DNA of 32,000 nt, from NCBI RefSeq assembly GCF_017876815.1, contig NZ_JAGIOS010000002.1, forward strand, positions 1 to 32,000, written 5' to 3'. Position 1 is the first letter of the stretch. Each line of letters starts with the position of its first letter. A model generated the notes under the pieces. That model searched no databases. It was not told the DNA's origin and saw only the letters and a list, made by a program, of their open reading frames with translations. This DNA is from Sinorhizobium meliloti. GTDB taxonomy: Bacteria > Pseudomonadota > Alphaproteobacteria > Rhizobiales > Rhizobiaceae. Made by a program: the position numbers and the translations under genes. Below are positions 1 to 8,759 of this stretch, in pieces.

Positions 1-447
1 AATATCGACCCGGCTCTCAATGCCGATGTGCTGCACGCGCTGAGATCGATGGGCCATGGCGACACGCTGGTGATTTCCGATACCAATTTCCCATCGGATG
101 CCATCGCCCGGCAGACCACGCTCGGCAAACTGCTGCACATCGACAATGTTTCTTCGGCGCGCGCGGCAAGGGCGATCCTTTCGGTCCTACCGCTCGACAC
201 GCCGCTTCAGCCCTCGGCCGGGCGCATGGAAGTCATGGGGGCGCCGGACGAGGTCCCGGCGGTGCAGCGCGAGGTGCAGGCCGAGATCGACCGCGCCGAA
301 GGGAAGCCCGCTCCGATGTACGGGATCGAGCGCTTTGCCTTCTACGAGGAAGCAAAGAAGGCCTACTGCGTCATCACAACAGGCGAGACACGCTTCTACG
401 GCTGCTTTCTTTTCACCAAGGGCGTCATTCCCCCGGAAAACGCCTGA
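1..447 (+). CDS. RbsD/FucU-family sugar mutarotase (5'-partial, frame open from base 1)
   Basis: Frame 1 is open from the window edge (NIDPALNADVLHALRSMGHGDTLVISDTNFP...). The GHGD...D.NFP motif and roughly 140-aa size are typical of the RbsD/FucU family. Stop TGA at 445-447. Confidence 0.7.
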   Translation, partial: NIDPALNADVLHALRSMGHGDTLVISDTNFPSDAIARQTTLGKLLHIDNVSSARAARAILSVLPLDTPLQPSAGRMEVMGAPDEVPAVQREVQAEIDRAEGKPAPMYGIERFAFYEEAKKAYCVITTGETRFYGCFLFTKGVIPPENA

Positions 448-467
448 GCCGCGCGAGGTTACGCCCC

Positions 468-896
468 ATGGCCGAGCTCAAAGTGAGGACGCGGGAAACT
501 GGCGCGACCGCCGTAGTCGGCCGCACCGGCTTTCCGCATGTGACATCGCTGACCGGCGGCGAACTCGATATCGTCACCAGTCCTTCGCAGCCGGGATTCG
601 GGCCGCTCGACCTTCTTTACGCATCGCTCGCGAGCTGTCTGGTGCTCAGCGCACGCATCGCCGCGAGCCGTTTCGGCGTGCTCGACCGGCTCACGGAAGT
701 TACGGTCAAGGTCACCGGTGAGAAGGCCCATGACGAGCCGTCGCGCGTCGCGCGGTTCGATATCGCCTTCGTTATCAAGGGCGATTTCGACGACACCGTG
801 CGCCACGCCATCATGGAGGCGGCGGAGGAGGAGATCTGCACAGTCAGCAACACGTTGCGCGGCAGTCCGGATTTCGTAAGCACCGTGTCCGCTTAA
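468..896 (+). CDS. OsmC/Ohr-family protein
   Basis: 142-aa ORF starting 20 nt after the previous stop. Size and pattern (GFGPLDLLYASLASCL ... EEEICTVSNTL) fit the two-Cys OsmC fold. Confidence 0.7.
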   Translation: MAELKVRTRETGATAVVGRTGFPHVTSLTGGELDIVTSPSQPGFGPLDLLYASLASCLVLSARIAASRFGVLDRLTEVTVKVTGEKAHDEPSRVARFDIAFVIKGDFDDTVRHAIMEAAEEEICTVSNTLRGSPDFVSTVSA

Positions 897-929
897 ATAA
901 AAAACCAACCAGAGGGAGAAGAGTCCGCG

Positions 930-1724
930 ATGACGCGTCCGGCCCATCAATTCAATTCCATCATCGTGCGCTCGCCGTCACGATCGGTCGTTAACGGCTT
1001 GCGCGCGGAGGATCGCGGCAGCCCCACCTACGAGGGAGTGAAGGCCGAGCACGACGCCTATGTCGAGGCGATGCGCGATGCCGGCGTGAAGGTCACGGTC
1101 CTGCCGGCGCTCGAAGCCTTTCCGGACTCGATTTTCGTGGAGGACCCCGCTCTGGTCTTCACAGAGGGGGCGGTCCTGCTTCGGCCGGGAGCGGCCACGC
1201 GCGTCAAGGAAGTCGAGGAAATCGCGCCGACGCTGCGTGACATGTTCGAGACGGTGCTCGACCTGCCGCAAGGCTATGCCGACGGCGGCGACGTGCTGAC
1301 AACGCGCGAAAGCGTGATGATCGGCCTGTCGGCGAGAACCGACACGGCGGGCGCGGCGGCGCTGCAGGCCTGCCTCGAAAAACTCGGGCGCAAGAGCGAG
1401 GTCGTCGCGACCCCGGAGGGCGTCCTGCATTTCAAGACCGACTGCTCGCTCCTCGACGACGAGACGATCCTTTCCACCGATCGTCTTGCACGATCCGGCG
1501 TCTTCGGGGAGTTCAGGCAGATGATCATTCCCGAGGGAGAAGAGCCGGCCGCGAACGCACTGCGCGTCAACGACGTGGTCTTGGTCGGTTCCGATTTTCC
1601 CAGGACGATCGAGATGCTCGACAAGGCCGGCTATGGGGTCGTCCCGCTGAAGACCACGGAGATAGGCAAGATCGACGCGGGGCTTTCCTGCATGTCGCTG
1701 AGGTGGTTCAGCGAAAAGGTTTGA
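930..1724 (+). CDS. Dimethylarginine dimethylaminohydrolase-like (amidinotransferase/guanidino-modifying fold) enzyme
   Basis: 264-aa ORF with RBS AGGGAGAAG upstream. DSIFVEDPALV, GGDVL, HFKT and a C-terminal GLSCMSLR (catalytic Cys context) match the DDAH/arginine deiminase superfamily. Confidence 0.7.
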   Translation: MTRPAHQFNSIIVRSPSRSVVNGLRAEDRGSPTYEGVKAEHDAYVEAMRDAGVKVTVLPALEAFPDSIFVEDPALVFTEGAVLLRPGAATRVKEVEEIAPTLRDMFETVLDLPQGYADGGDVLTTRESVMIGLSARTDTAGAAALQACLEKLGRKSEVVATPEGVLHFKTDCSLLDDETILSTDRLARSGVFGEFRQMIIPEGEEPAANALRVNDVVLVGSDFPRTIEMLDKAGYGVVPLKTTEIGKIDAGLSCMSLRWFSEKV

Positions 1725-1769
1725 CGGGAGCCTGCGCAGGAAGGCGTTCTGCATGAGCCCAACAGGCCG

Positions 1770-1915
1770 GATCCCCGTCCGAGACGGGGAGAAGGGACAA
1801 GCGGCGCGGCCACAGTTCTCCAGCGGAGGCTGGAGCATGAGGAGGGACCCAGGGGTCCCCTTCGCCCCGCTTGCGGGGAGAAGGTGCCGGCAGGCGGATG
1901 AGGGGCAATCCCCCC
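1770..1915. repeat. REP/RIME-like intergenic palindromic repeat cluster
   Basis: Three stacked GC-rich hairpins: CCCCGTC-cga-GACGGGG (1773-1789), GGGACC..GGTCCC (about 1845-1860), and CCTTCGCCCCGC-tt-GCGGGGAGAAGG followed by GTGCCGGCAGGCGGATGAGGGGC (1859-1905). From memory, the last motif is a widespread rhizobial intergenic repeat. Confidence 0.5.
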
Positions 1916-1919
1916 GACC

Positions 1920-3293
1920 CTACGCCGACGACAGATCTCCGAACACCGTCGGGATGAGTTCCGACACGGTCGGGTGGATGTGCACCGCGCGGGCGATCAT
2001 CGTGTAGGGTTTCTTCGCATACATCACGTCAAGGATGCTCTGGATCGCCTCGTCACCACCTGTGCCCAGGATGGATGCGCCGAGAATCTCGTCGGTGTCC
2101 GCATCGACGATGACTTTCATGAAACCCTGCGTCTCGCCCTTTTCGACCGCGCGGCCGACCCTTGTCATGGGACGCGTCCCGATCAGCAGCTTGTGTCCTT
2201 TCTTGCGGGCCTCGGTCTCGGTCATGCCGGCGCGGCCGAGCGGCGGGTCGATATAGAGGGCGTAGGTCTGGATGCGGTCGCTCACCCGGCGCGGATCGTC
2301 GTCGATGAGATTGGCGGCGACGATCTCGAAGTCGTTATAGGAGGTGTGCGTGAAGGCGCCGCGGCCGTTGCAGTCTCCCATTGCGAAAATATGCGGAACA
2401 TTGGTGCGCAGGCTGTCGTCGACCTCGATATAGCCCCGTTCGTCGGTCTTCACGCCCGCCTTGTCCAGGCCGAGATCATCCGTATTGGGGTGGCGGCCGG
2501 TCGCAAGCAGCACATGAGAACCGCTCACCTCCGGCTCGCCCGATGTGCAATCCACGCCCACGGCTACGCTGTCCGCATGGTTCGAGAAGCGGATGCATTC
2601 CGCATTCGTGCGTATTCGAACGCCTTCGTTCTCGAGGATCTCACGGATCGCGTCGGAGACCTCCGGATCCTCCCGCCCGATCAGCCGCGCGCCCTTTTCG
2701 ATGACGGTGACGTCGGAGCCGAAGCGGCGGAACATCTGGGCGAATTCAAGCCCGATATAGCTGCCGCCCACCACGACGAGATGTTCCGGCAGCTCGGCAA
2801 GGTCCATGATCGAACTGTTGGTGAGATAAGGGACGTCGTTCACGCCGGGCAGATCGGCAACTGCGGCGCGGCCCCCCACATTGACGAAGATCCGCTCCCC
2901 CGAAATCAGTTCGTCGCCGATGCGGACCTCACGCGGACCTTCGAAACGGGCGTGGCCCTCGAAGACGGTGCAGTTCTTCATACCCTTGAGCCACTTCTCG
3001 ACGCCTGAGCGGGCATCGAGCCGGACCTTTTCCTTTCGCGCCATGACGCGACCAAAATCGACCGAGACAGGCCCTGTCGTCATGCCGTATTCGGCTCCGC
3101 GTCGGGCGGTGTGGATCGCATAGGCGCTCGCGACCATCGCCTTGGTCGGCATGCAGCCGGTATTGACGCAGGTGCCGCCGAAAAGCTTGCGCTCGATCAG
3201 TGCAACGGTCTTGCCCGCATCCGACAACCGTCCGGCGAGTGAAGGTCCCGCCTGGCCGGCACCGATGACGATCGCATCGAAATGCTTGTTCAT
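1920..3293 (-). CDS. Class-I FAD-dependent pyridine nucleotide-disulfide oxidoreductase (RclA/MerA-like, no C-terminal Cys pair)
   Basis: Start chosen at MNKHFDAIVIGAGQAG (ATG 3293-3291), preceded by GGAGG. Has the GxGxxG FAD motif, redox-active GGTCVNTGCMPTK, a second dinucleotide fold VVVGGSYIGLE and a dimerisation domain HPTVSE. The 36-aa upstream extension in the ORF track lacks an RBS. Confidence 0.85.
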   Translation of the reverse strand: MNKHFDAIVIGAGQAGPSLAGRLSDAGKTVALIERKLFGGTCVNTGCMPTKAMVASAYAIHTARRGAEYGMTTGPVSVDFGRVMARKEKVRLDARSGVEKWLKGMKNCTVFEGHARFEGPREVRIGDELISGERIFVNVGGRAAVADLPGVNDVPYLTNSSIMDLAELPEHLVVVGGSYIGLEFAQMFRRFGSDVTVIEKGARLIGREDPEVSDAIREILENEGVRIRTNAECIRFSNHADSVAVGVDCTSGEPEVSGSHVLLATGRHPNTDDLGLDKAGVKTDERGYIEVDDSLRTNVPHIFAMGDCNGRGAFTHTSYNDFEIVAANLIDDDPRRVSDRIQTYALYIDPPLGRAGMTETEARKKGHKLLIGTRPMTRVGRAVEKGETQGFMKVIVDADTDEILGASILGTGGDEAIQSILDVMYAKKPYTMIARAVHIHPTVSELIPTVFGDLSSA

Positions 3294-3531
3294 GACAACC
3301 TCCGGAGAGATGCTGGCGCCGGGCGGAAGAGTGGTCCACATTACGTCCGATTGCAATGCGCATCGACGGCAACGTTTGCCGCCCGGTCCGGACGGCGCCA
3401 TGGAACGGATATCAAGTGCAGACAGCTTAAGCTCGATTTTTTCCGGAAAGCTGACATATATGGAACGTCTTGGCCGGACGCAGCGCGGAAAGCGTGATCA
3501 AAATTCGAGATCAAAACCGAGGGAGACAATC

Positions 3532-4449
3532 ATGCGACTGAACTTCACCAGGACACTGATCGGTGCCGCCATTGCGCTTGCACTCACCACCGCGGCTGCC
3601 GAAGCCGAGGTCGTCGTTTCCTCGAAGATCGACACGGAGGGCGGCGTTCTCGGCAACATCATCCTCTCGGTCCTGAACGCCAACGACATCAAGACGACGG
3701 ATCGCGTGCAACTCGGCGCGACCCCTGTCGTGCGCAAGGCGATCATCGCCGGCGAGATCGACATCTATCCCGAATATACCGGCAACGCCGCCTTCTTCTT
3801 CGAGAAGGCCAACGATCCGGCCTGGAAGGATGCGGCGAAAGCCTATGAAGAGGCGAAGAAGCTCGACTATGACGCCAACAAGATCGTCTGGCTGACGCCG
3901 TCTCCGGCCAATAACACCTGGGCGATCGCGCTGCGCAAGGACATTGCCGAGAAGAACAACCTCAAGACGCTATCGGATTTCGGCAAATTCGTTTCTGGCG
4001 GCGGCGAGGTCGTGCTCGCGGCTTCGTCGGAATTCGTCAACTCCGCCGCTGCCTTGCCTGCGTTCCAGACGACCTATTCCTTCAAGCTGAAACCGGAACA
4101 GCTCATCACGCTCTCCGGAGGCGATACCGCCGCGACGATCGCGGCTGCGGCAAACCAGACGAATGGCGCCAATGCGGCAATGGTCTACGGCACCGATGGA
4201 GGCATTGCGCCCTCCGGTCTCGTGGTTCTCGAGGACGACAAGGCCGTCCAGCCGGTCTATCAGCCGGCGCCGATCATCCGCGAAGCGGTTCTCAAGGAAA
4301 ATCCGGCGATCGAAGAGATCCTGAAGCCCGTCTTCGAAAAGCTCGACCTCACCACCCTGCAGGAGCTCAATGGCCGCGTGCAGGTCGGCGGCGAGTCGGC
4401 CAAGGCCGTTGCCGAGGACTTTCTGAAGGCAAACGGCTTCCTGAAATAG
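3532..4449 (+). CDS. Osmoprotectant (glycine betaine/choline-type) ABC transporter substrate-binding protein, YehZ/OsmF-like
   Basis: Start at MRLNFTRTLIGAAIALALTTAAAEA (signal peptide), preceded by GAGGGAGA. The YPEYTG motif is typical of the OpuAC/ProX-type SBP family. First gene of an SBP-permease-ATPase-permease operon. Confidence 0.85.
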   Translation: MRLNFTRTLIGAAIALALTTAAAEAEVVVSSKIDTEGGVLGNIILSVLNANDIKTTDRVQLGATPVVRKAIIAGEIDIYPEYTGNAAFFFEKANDPAWKDAAKAYEEAKKLDYDANKIVWLTPSPANNTWAIALRKDIAEKNNLKTLSDFGKFVSGGGEVVLAASSEFVNSAAALPAFQTTYSFKLKPEQLITLSGGDTAATIAAAANQTNGANAAMVYGTDGGIAPSGLVVLEDDKAVQPVYQPAPIIREAVLKENPAIEEILKPVFEKLDLTTLQELNGRVQVGGESAKAVAEDFLKANGFLK

Positions 4450-4526
4450 CTTGACGTCGGGGGAGGGCGCTGGTCCGATAAGATTCGACCGCGCTCTTCC
4501 TTCACCTGCCTCGAACGGACCGCTGA

Positions 4527-5726
4527 ATGGCGACTGGCATCATCCAGACAAGGGAACGCTTGGCCTTTCGTTTCGACAAGCTCGGCCTGATCATCGCGAT
4601 CCTCGTCCTCTATGGCGCTCTCCTTGCGCCTTTCGCGACGTTTCGTGCAAACCGGATCATTCAGGGCGAAGCACGGGCAATCCTGGAGGCACTTCCGCCG
4701 CCGCTCGGCTACGGGCTCCTCGCCCTCGTGATTGCCGGCGCCGGCGTCGCGTTTCTCAGGACCCCGCGCCTCTTGCGGATGGCCGTGGCACTGGCTGCGC
4801 TGGCAGCTCTCGCCCTTCTGATCGGGGTGGCGGCCGATCACCTGACGCCGCCGGACAACAGCTTTGCACGCGTGTCTCCGGCTTCCGGCTTCTGGGTTCT
4901 GGTCTTCGCCTTCTCCCTGTTGGTCGCGGACGCCTTGACCCGCCTCAATCCGGGGCCTGGTCTGCGGCTTCTCGTTTTCGCGGGCGTCCTCGTCCTCGCT
5001 GGAGGAATGCTCGTCACCGGCCGCTGGGACGACCTTTCGATCATGAAGGAATATGCCAACCGCTCCGACCTGTTCTGGACCGAGGCGGGCCGTCACGTGA
5101 CGCTGGCGCTCGGCTCGCTGGTCGCAGCGACCGTCGTCGGATTGCCGCTCGGCATTCTCTGTCACCGCGTCGAACGGCTTCGGGCCGGCGTGCTCAATGT
5201 CCTGAACGCCATCCAGACGATCCCTTCCATTGCACTTTTCGGCATTCTGATCGCGCCGCTCGGCTGGGTCGCGGCGAATATTCCCGGCGCTGCGGCGATC
5301 GGCATCCGCGGCATCGGTGCCGCCCCTGCCTTCGTCGCCCTCTTCCTCTACTCCCTGCTGCCTGTCGTCGCCAACACAGTCGTCGGGCTTGCCGGCGTGC
5401 CGCACGCGGCCAACGACGCGGCGCGGGGCATCGGCATGACGGACCGCCAGCGCCTCGTCGCGATCGAGTTTCCGCTGGCCTTTCCGGTGATCCTGACCGG
5501 CATCCGCATCGTGCTGGTGCAGAACATCGGGCTTGCGACGATCGCCGCCCTTATTGGCGGCGGGGGTTTCGGCGTCTTCGTCTTCCAGGGGGTGGGTCAG
5601 ACGGCGATGGACCTGGTGCTGCTCGGCGCAATTCCGACTGTCGTGCTGGCCTTTACCGCGGCGATCGTGCTCGACGCGCTGATCGAGATGACCATGCCGA
5701 ACCGCAGCCGAGGCAACGCCGCATGA
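4527..5726 (+). CDS. Osmoprotectant ABC transporter permease (long YehY-like form)
   Basis: 399-aa hydrophobic ORF. The C-terminal half carries the BPD-transporter EAA-like loop (AARGIGMTDRQRLVAIEFPLAFPVILTGIR). The N-terminal extra TM block resembles E. coli YehY. Confidence 0.85.
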   Translation: MATGIIQTRERLAFRFDKLGLIIAILVLYGALLAPFATFRANRIIQGEARAILEALPPPLGYGLLALVIAGAGVAFLRTPRLLRMAVALAALAALALLIGVAADHLTPPDNSFARVSPASGFWVLVFAFSLLVADALTRLNPGPGLRLLVFAGVLVLAGGMLVTGRWDDLSIMKEYANRSDLFWTEAGRHVTLALGSLVAATVVGLPLGILCHRVERLRAGVLNVLNAIQTIPSIALFGILIAPLGWVAANIPGAAAIGIRGIGAAPAFVALFLYSLLPVVANTVVGLAGVPHAANDAARGIGMTDRQRLVAIEFPLAFPVILTGIRIVLVQNIGLATIAALIGGGGFGVFVFQGVGQTAMDLVLLGAIPTVVLAFTAAIVLDALIEMTMPNRSRGNAA

Positions 5727-6661
5727 TCGAAATCGAGGAAATATCCAAGCGCTATGGCGACACGACGGTCGTGAGCGACGTGTCGCTGACGGTCGCGCCG
5801 CATACGGTCACCGTCGTCGTCGGAACCTCCGGCTCCGGCAAGACGACGCTCCTCAGAATGATCAATCGCCTCGTCGAGCCGACGGCAGGGACGATCAAGA
5901 TAGACGGCGAGGACAATCGATCGATTCCGGGTTTCGAGCTGCGCCGGCGTATCGGCTACGCCATTCAAGGCCATGGCCTCTTCCCGCACAGGACAGTCGC
6001 GCAGAACATCGCGACCGTGCCGACGCTGCTCGGCTGGGAGAAAGCCCGCATCGATGCCAAGGTGGAGGAGCTGCTGAAGCTGTTCCAGCTCGATCCCTCG
6101 GAATTCGGACCGCGCTACCCTCACGAGCTTTCCGGCGGGCAGCAGCAGCGCGTGGGCGTTGCAAGGGCACTTGCGGCGGAGCCCAACGTACTCCTGATGG
6201 ACGAGCCCTTCGGCGCGCTCGATCCGATCATCCGCGCCAAGGCGCAGGACGACCTCGCCGCCATCCAGAAACATTTCGGCACCACGATCATCCTCGTCAC
6301 CCACGACATGGAAGAGGCCTTCCACCTTGCCGACAGGATCGCGGTGATGGACAAGGGCGAGGTGGTGCAATATGCGACGCCGGCCGAAATGCTCGTCAGG
6401 CCCGCCACGCCCTTCGTCGAGACGCTGGTCGGCGCCAGCGAGCGTCCATTCCGGCTGCTCGACATCGAAACGGTCGGCGAGGCGGTCGAGCCCGGCTCGG
6501 CCGAGGGCCGGCCGGTTCCGGAAGTTCTCAGCCAGCGTGACGCGCTGTCGGAGCTTCTGTGGACGGGCCGTTCGGCACTGCCGGTCGCGGCGGCGGACGG
6601 CGCGATCCTGGGCAAGATCACGCTCGAAGCGATCGTGAAGCGTGCGGCGAGGCGGCAGTGA
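5723..6661 (+). CDS. Osmoprotectant ABC transporter ATP-binding protein (YehX/OpuCA-like)
   Basis: Internal start MIEIEEISKRYG. The ATG at 5723 overlaps the upstream stop (ATGA). Has Walker A GTSGSGKTT, signature LSGGQQQR and Walker B LLMDEPFGALD. Confidence 0.9.
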   Translation: MIEIEEISKRYGDTTVVSDVSLTVAPHTVTVVVGTSGSGKTTLLRMINRLVEPTAGTIKIDGEDNRSIPGFELRRRIGYAIQGHGLFPHRTVAQNIATVPTLLGWEKARIDAKVEELLKLFQLDPSEFGPRYPHELSGGQQQRVGVARALAAEPNVLLMDEPFGALDPIIRAKAQDDLAAIQKHFGTTIILVTHDMEEAFHLADRIAVMDKGEVVQYATPAEMLVRPATPFVETLVGASERPFRLLDIETVGEAVEPGSAEGRPVPEVLSQRDALSELLWTGRSALPVAAADGAILGKITLEAIVKRAARRQ

Positions 6662-7398
6662 TGGCCACGCTGCCCAATCTGTTTCGGCTGACCGTGCTCG
6701 CCGTGTTGCTGGCTTTCCTGGTGCAGCCCGCCTTGTTCGAGCCGCTGTTGAAACCTCTGGTGCAAGAGAACGCGCCGGCCGTCTACAACCAGGGCAGCCT
6801 GTTCTGGCTGACGGTCCTGCACTTGCGGACCGTGTTCGTCGCGACGGTGGCCGCGACCATCGTCGCCGTATCACTGGCGATCATCGTTACGCGGAAGGCC
6901 GGCGCCGAGTTTCTGCCGCTCTCGCGCAGTCTGGTCAACATCGGCCAGACTTTCCCGCCGGTGGCGGTCCTCGCGCTTGCGGTACCGATTTACGGCTTCG
7001 GCGAGAAGCCGACCCTGATCGCCCTTTTCCTCTATGGCCTTCTGCCGATCTTCGAAAATGCCCTGACCGGACTGACCACTCTGCCGCCGACGGTGATGGA
7101 GGCTGCACGCGGCGCGGGAATGACCGGCCGCCAGCGGCTCTTCAGGATCGAGCTTCCGCTGGCGCTGCCGGTGATCCTGACAGGCATCCGCCTTTCCGTC
7201 GTGATCAGTCTCGCGACGGCGACGATCGGCTCGACGGTCGCGGCCAGGACGCTCGGCGAGGTGATCATCGCCGGACTTCAGTCCAACAATCTCGCTTTTG
7301 TCCTCCAGGGCGGCTTGATCGTTGGAGCGCTTGCCGTCCTCATTCACGATGCGCTCCAGGGGCTTGAACGGGCATTCGCGGGTCGAGCGCACATCTGA
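6661..7398 (+). CDS. Osmoprotectant ABC transporter permease (YehW-like)
   Basis: Start MATLPNLFRL. The ATG at 6661 overlaps the ATPase stop (GTGATG). Carries an EAA loop AARGAGMTGRQRLFRIELPLALPVILTGIR, paralogous to the 4527-5726 permease. Confidence 0.85.
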   Translation: MATLPNLFRLTVLAVLLAFLVQPALFEPLLKPLVQENAPAVYNQGSLFWLTVLHLRTVFVATVAATIVAVSLAIIVTRKAGAEFLPLSRSLVNIGQTFPPVAVLALAVPIYGFGEKPTLIALFLYGLLPIFENALTGLTTLPPTVMEAARGAGMTGRQRLFRIELPLALPVILTGIRLSVVISLATATIGSTVAARTLGEVIIAGLQSNNLAFVLQGGLIVGALAVLIHDALQGLERAFAGRAHI

Positions 7399-7508
7399 AG
7401 CGCCTCGCGTCCAATCGAATTGATGCGATGCGTCAGGCCGCCAGCTTGGGCGTGAGCTAAACTTAACGCCAGGAATGAAAATGAATTTCACAATCTGGCG
7501 CATTTTCC

Positions 7509-7535
7509 GATTTTTCATTGACGCAATGAAAAATC
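7509..7535. promoter_or_regulatory. Perfect 12-3-12 inverted repeat, candidate operator of the oxidoreductase/sugar-ABC operon
   Basis: GATTTTTCATTG-acg-CAATGAAAAATC lies in an AT-rich island about 50 nt upstream of the 7587 start. A related TGAAAA-tgaa-TTTCA sits at 7476-7490. Confidence 0.45.
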
Positions 7536-7586
7536 TGTCCCAGTCTACGAAAAATAATTACGCCGAGACAAGGGAACAGCGCGAGC

Positions 7587-8747
7587 ATGAAAGTCGGGAT
7601 AATCGGACTCGGATTCCGTCTGGGATACCTGGGCTATGTCTTCAAGGCGATCGACGAAGCCTTCGAGGTCGCGGGATATGTGGATCCCGAGCCGGCCGGC
7701 CTTGCCACGCTTACCGAGAAAGGCATTTCCGCCGGCAGGGCCTACGCCACGCCTGAAGAGCTCATCGCCGGCGAAAAGCTCGATCTCCTGATGATCGGCT
7801 CGCCGAACCACATGCATCTCGATCATATCCGTATCGGCCTCGAGGCGGGGCTCAAGATCTTCTGCGAGAAGCCCATCGTCAGCACGATCGAGCAGAGCCT
7901 GGAACTTGCGGCGCTGCTTTCGAAACACGGGCCCGACCGGCTGATGGTCGGCCTCGTGCTGCGTTATGCGCCGCTCTATCGTGACCTGCGCGCCGCGCAA
8001 GCCGCAGGAACGCTCGGCCATGTGGTTTCGATCGAGGCCGCCGAGCACATAGAGCCCTATCATGGCGCGTTCTTCATGCGCGATTGGCGCCGCTATGGAC
8101 GCTATGCCGGAAGCTTCATGCTCGAGAAATGCTGCCACGACCTCGATCTCTACAACGGCGTGGTCGGCGCGCGCCCGGAACGCGTCGCCAGTTTCGGCGG
8201 CCGCAAGAGCTTCATCCCGGCCAATGATCCCAGCCGCGACGGCGTAAACGACCTGCAGCTTTTCCACCGCAAGCCGAGCGGCTGGCTCGGCTCCGACAAG
8301 GTCTTCGACAGTGATGGCGACATCATCGACTATCAGGTCGCCATCGTCGAATATGCCAACGGCGTCGCGATGAACTTCCACACCAACCTCAACGTGCCGG
8401 ACCAGTTCCGTCGCTTTTGCGTCATCGGATCGCGCGGCATGGCGGAGGGCGACTTCATCCGCGGCTATCTGGACGTGCACGAGGTGCTGTCGGGCCGGAA
8501 GGTGGTGGAGAAGCGCTACGCCAAAGAGACGGCACTTTCGCAACACTACGGCGCCGACGAGCAGATGGCGGCCGAGATCATCGCGCATGTGCGGGATGGC
8601 GGTCCCCTGCCGGTCTCGCCGCTCGATGCGCTGGAAGCGGGCATTCTGGCGCTGTCCATGGACGAGGCGCGGATGAAGAGGACGGTCGTCGATCTTCGGC
8701 CGCTCTGGGACCGCTTCGACGAAGCCCTGCATGCCCGTGCGGCTTGA
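7587..8747 (+). CDS. Gfo/Idh/MocA-family NAD(P)-dependent oxidoreductase
   Basis: N-terminal Rossmann MKVGIIGLG plus the EKP motif (IFCEKPIV). 386 aa. First gene of the operon with the downstream CUT1 ABC transporter. Confidence 0.85.
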   Translation: MKVGIIGLGFRLGYLGYVFKAIDEAFEVAGYVDPEPAGLATLTEKGISAGRAYATPEELIAGEKLDLLMIGSPNHMHLDHIRIGLEAGLKIFCEKPIVSTIEQSLELAALLSKHGPDRLMVGLVLRYAPLYRDLRAAQAAGTLGHVVSIEAAEHIEPYHGAFFMRDWRRYGRYAGSFMLEKCCHDLDLYNGVVGARPERVASFGGRKSFIPANDPSRDGVNDLQLFHRKPSGWLGSDKVFDSDGDIIDYQVAIVEYANGVAMNFHTNLNVPDQFRRFCVIGSRGMAEGDFIRGYLDVHEVLSGRKVVEKRYAKETALSQHYGADEQMAAEIIAHVRDGGPLPVSPLDALEAGILALSMDEARMKRTVVDLRPLWDRFDEALHARAA

Positions 8748-8759
8748 GAGGGGGAGGGG

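Noticed and set aside
3440-3449. TTTCCGGAAA palindrome in the divergent spacer between the oxidoreductase and the osmoprotectant SBP gene.
   Set aside because: It is only 10 bp, so it could be chance. No partner repeat or adjacent regulator supports calling it an operator.
4451-5722. N-terminal 424 aa of the 736-aa ORF 4451-6661(+).
   Set aside because: It is an out-of-frame overlap of the permease gene (4527-5726), with an Arg/Pro-rich nonsense translation. The real ATPase begins at the ATGA overlap at 5723.
7475-7756. 93-aa ORF starting in the AT-rich leader (MKMNFTIWRIFRFF...).
   Set aside because: It runs out of frame into the Gfo/Idh/MocA gene and has no RBS. The AT-rich part is better explained as promoter/operator DNA.
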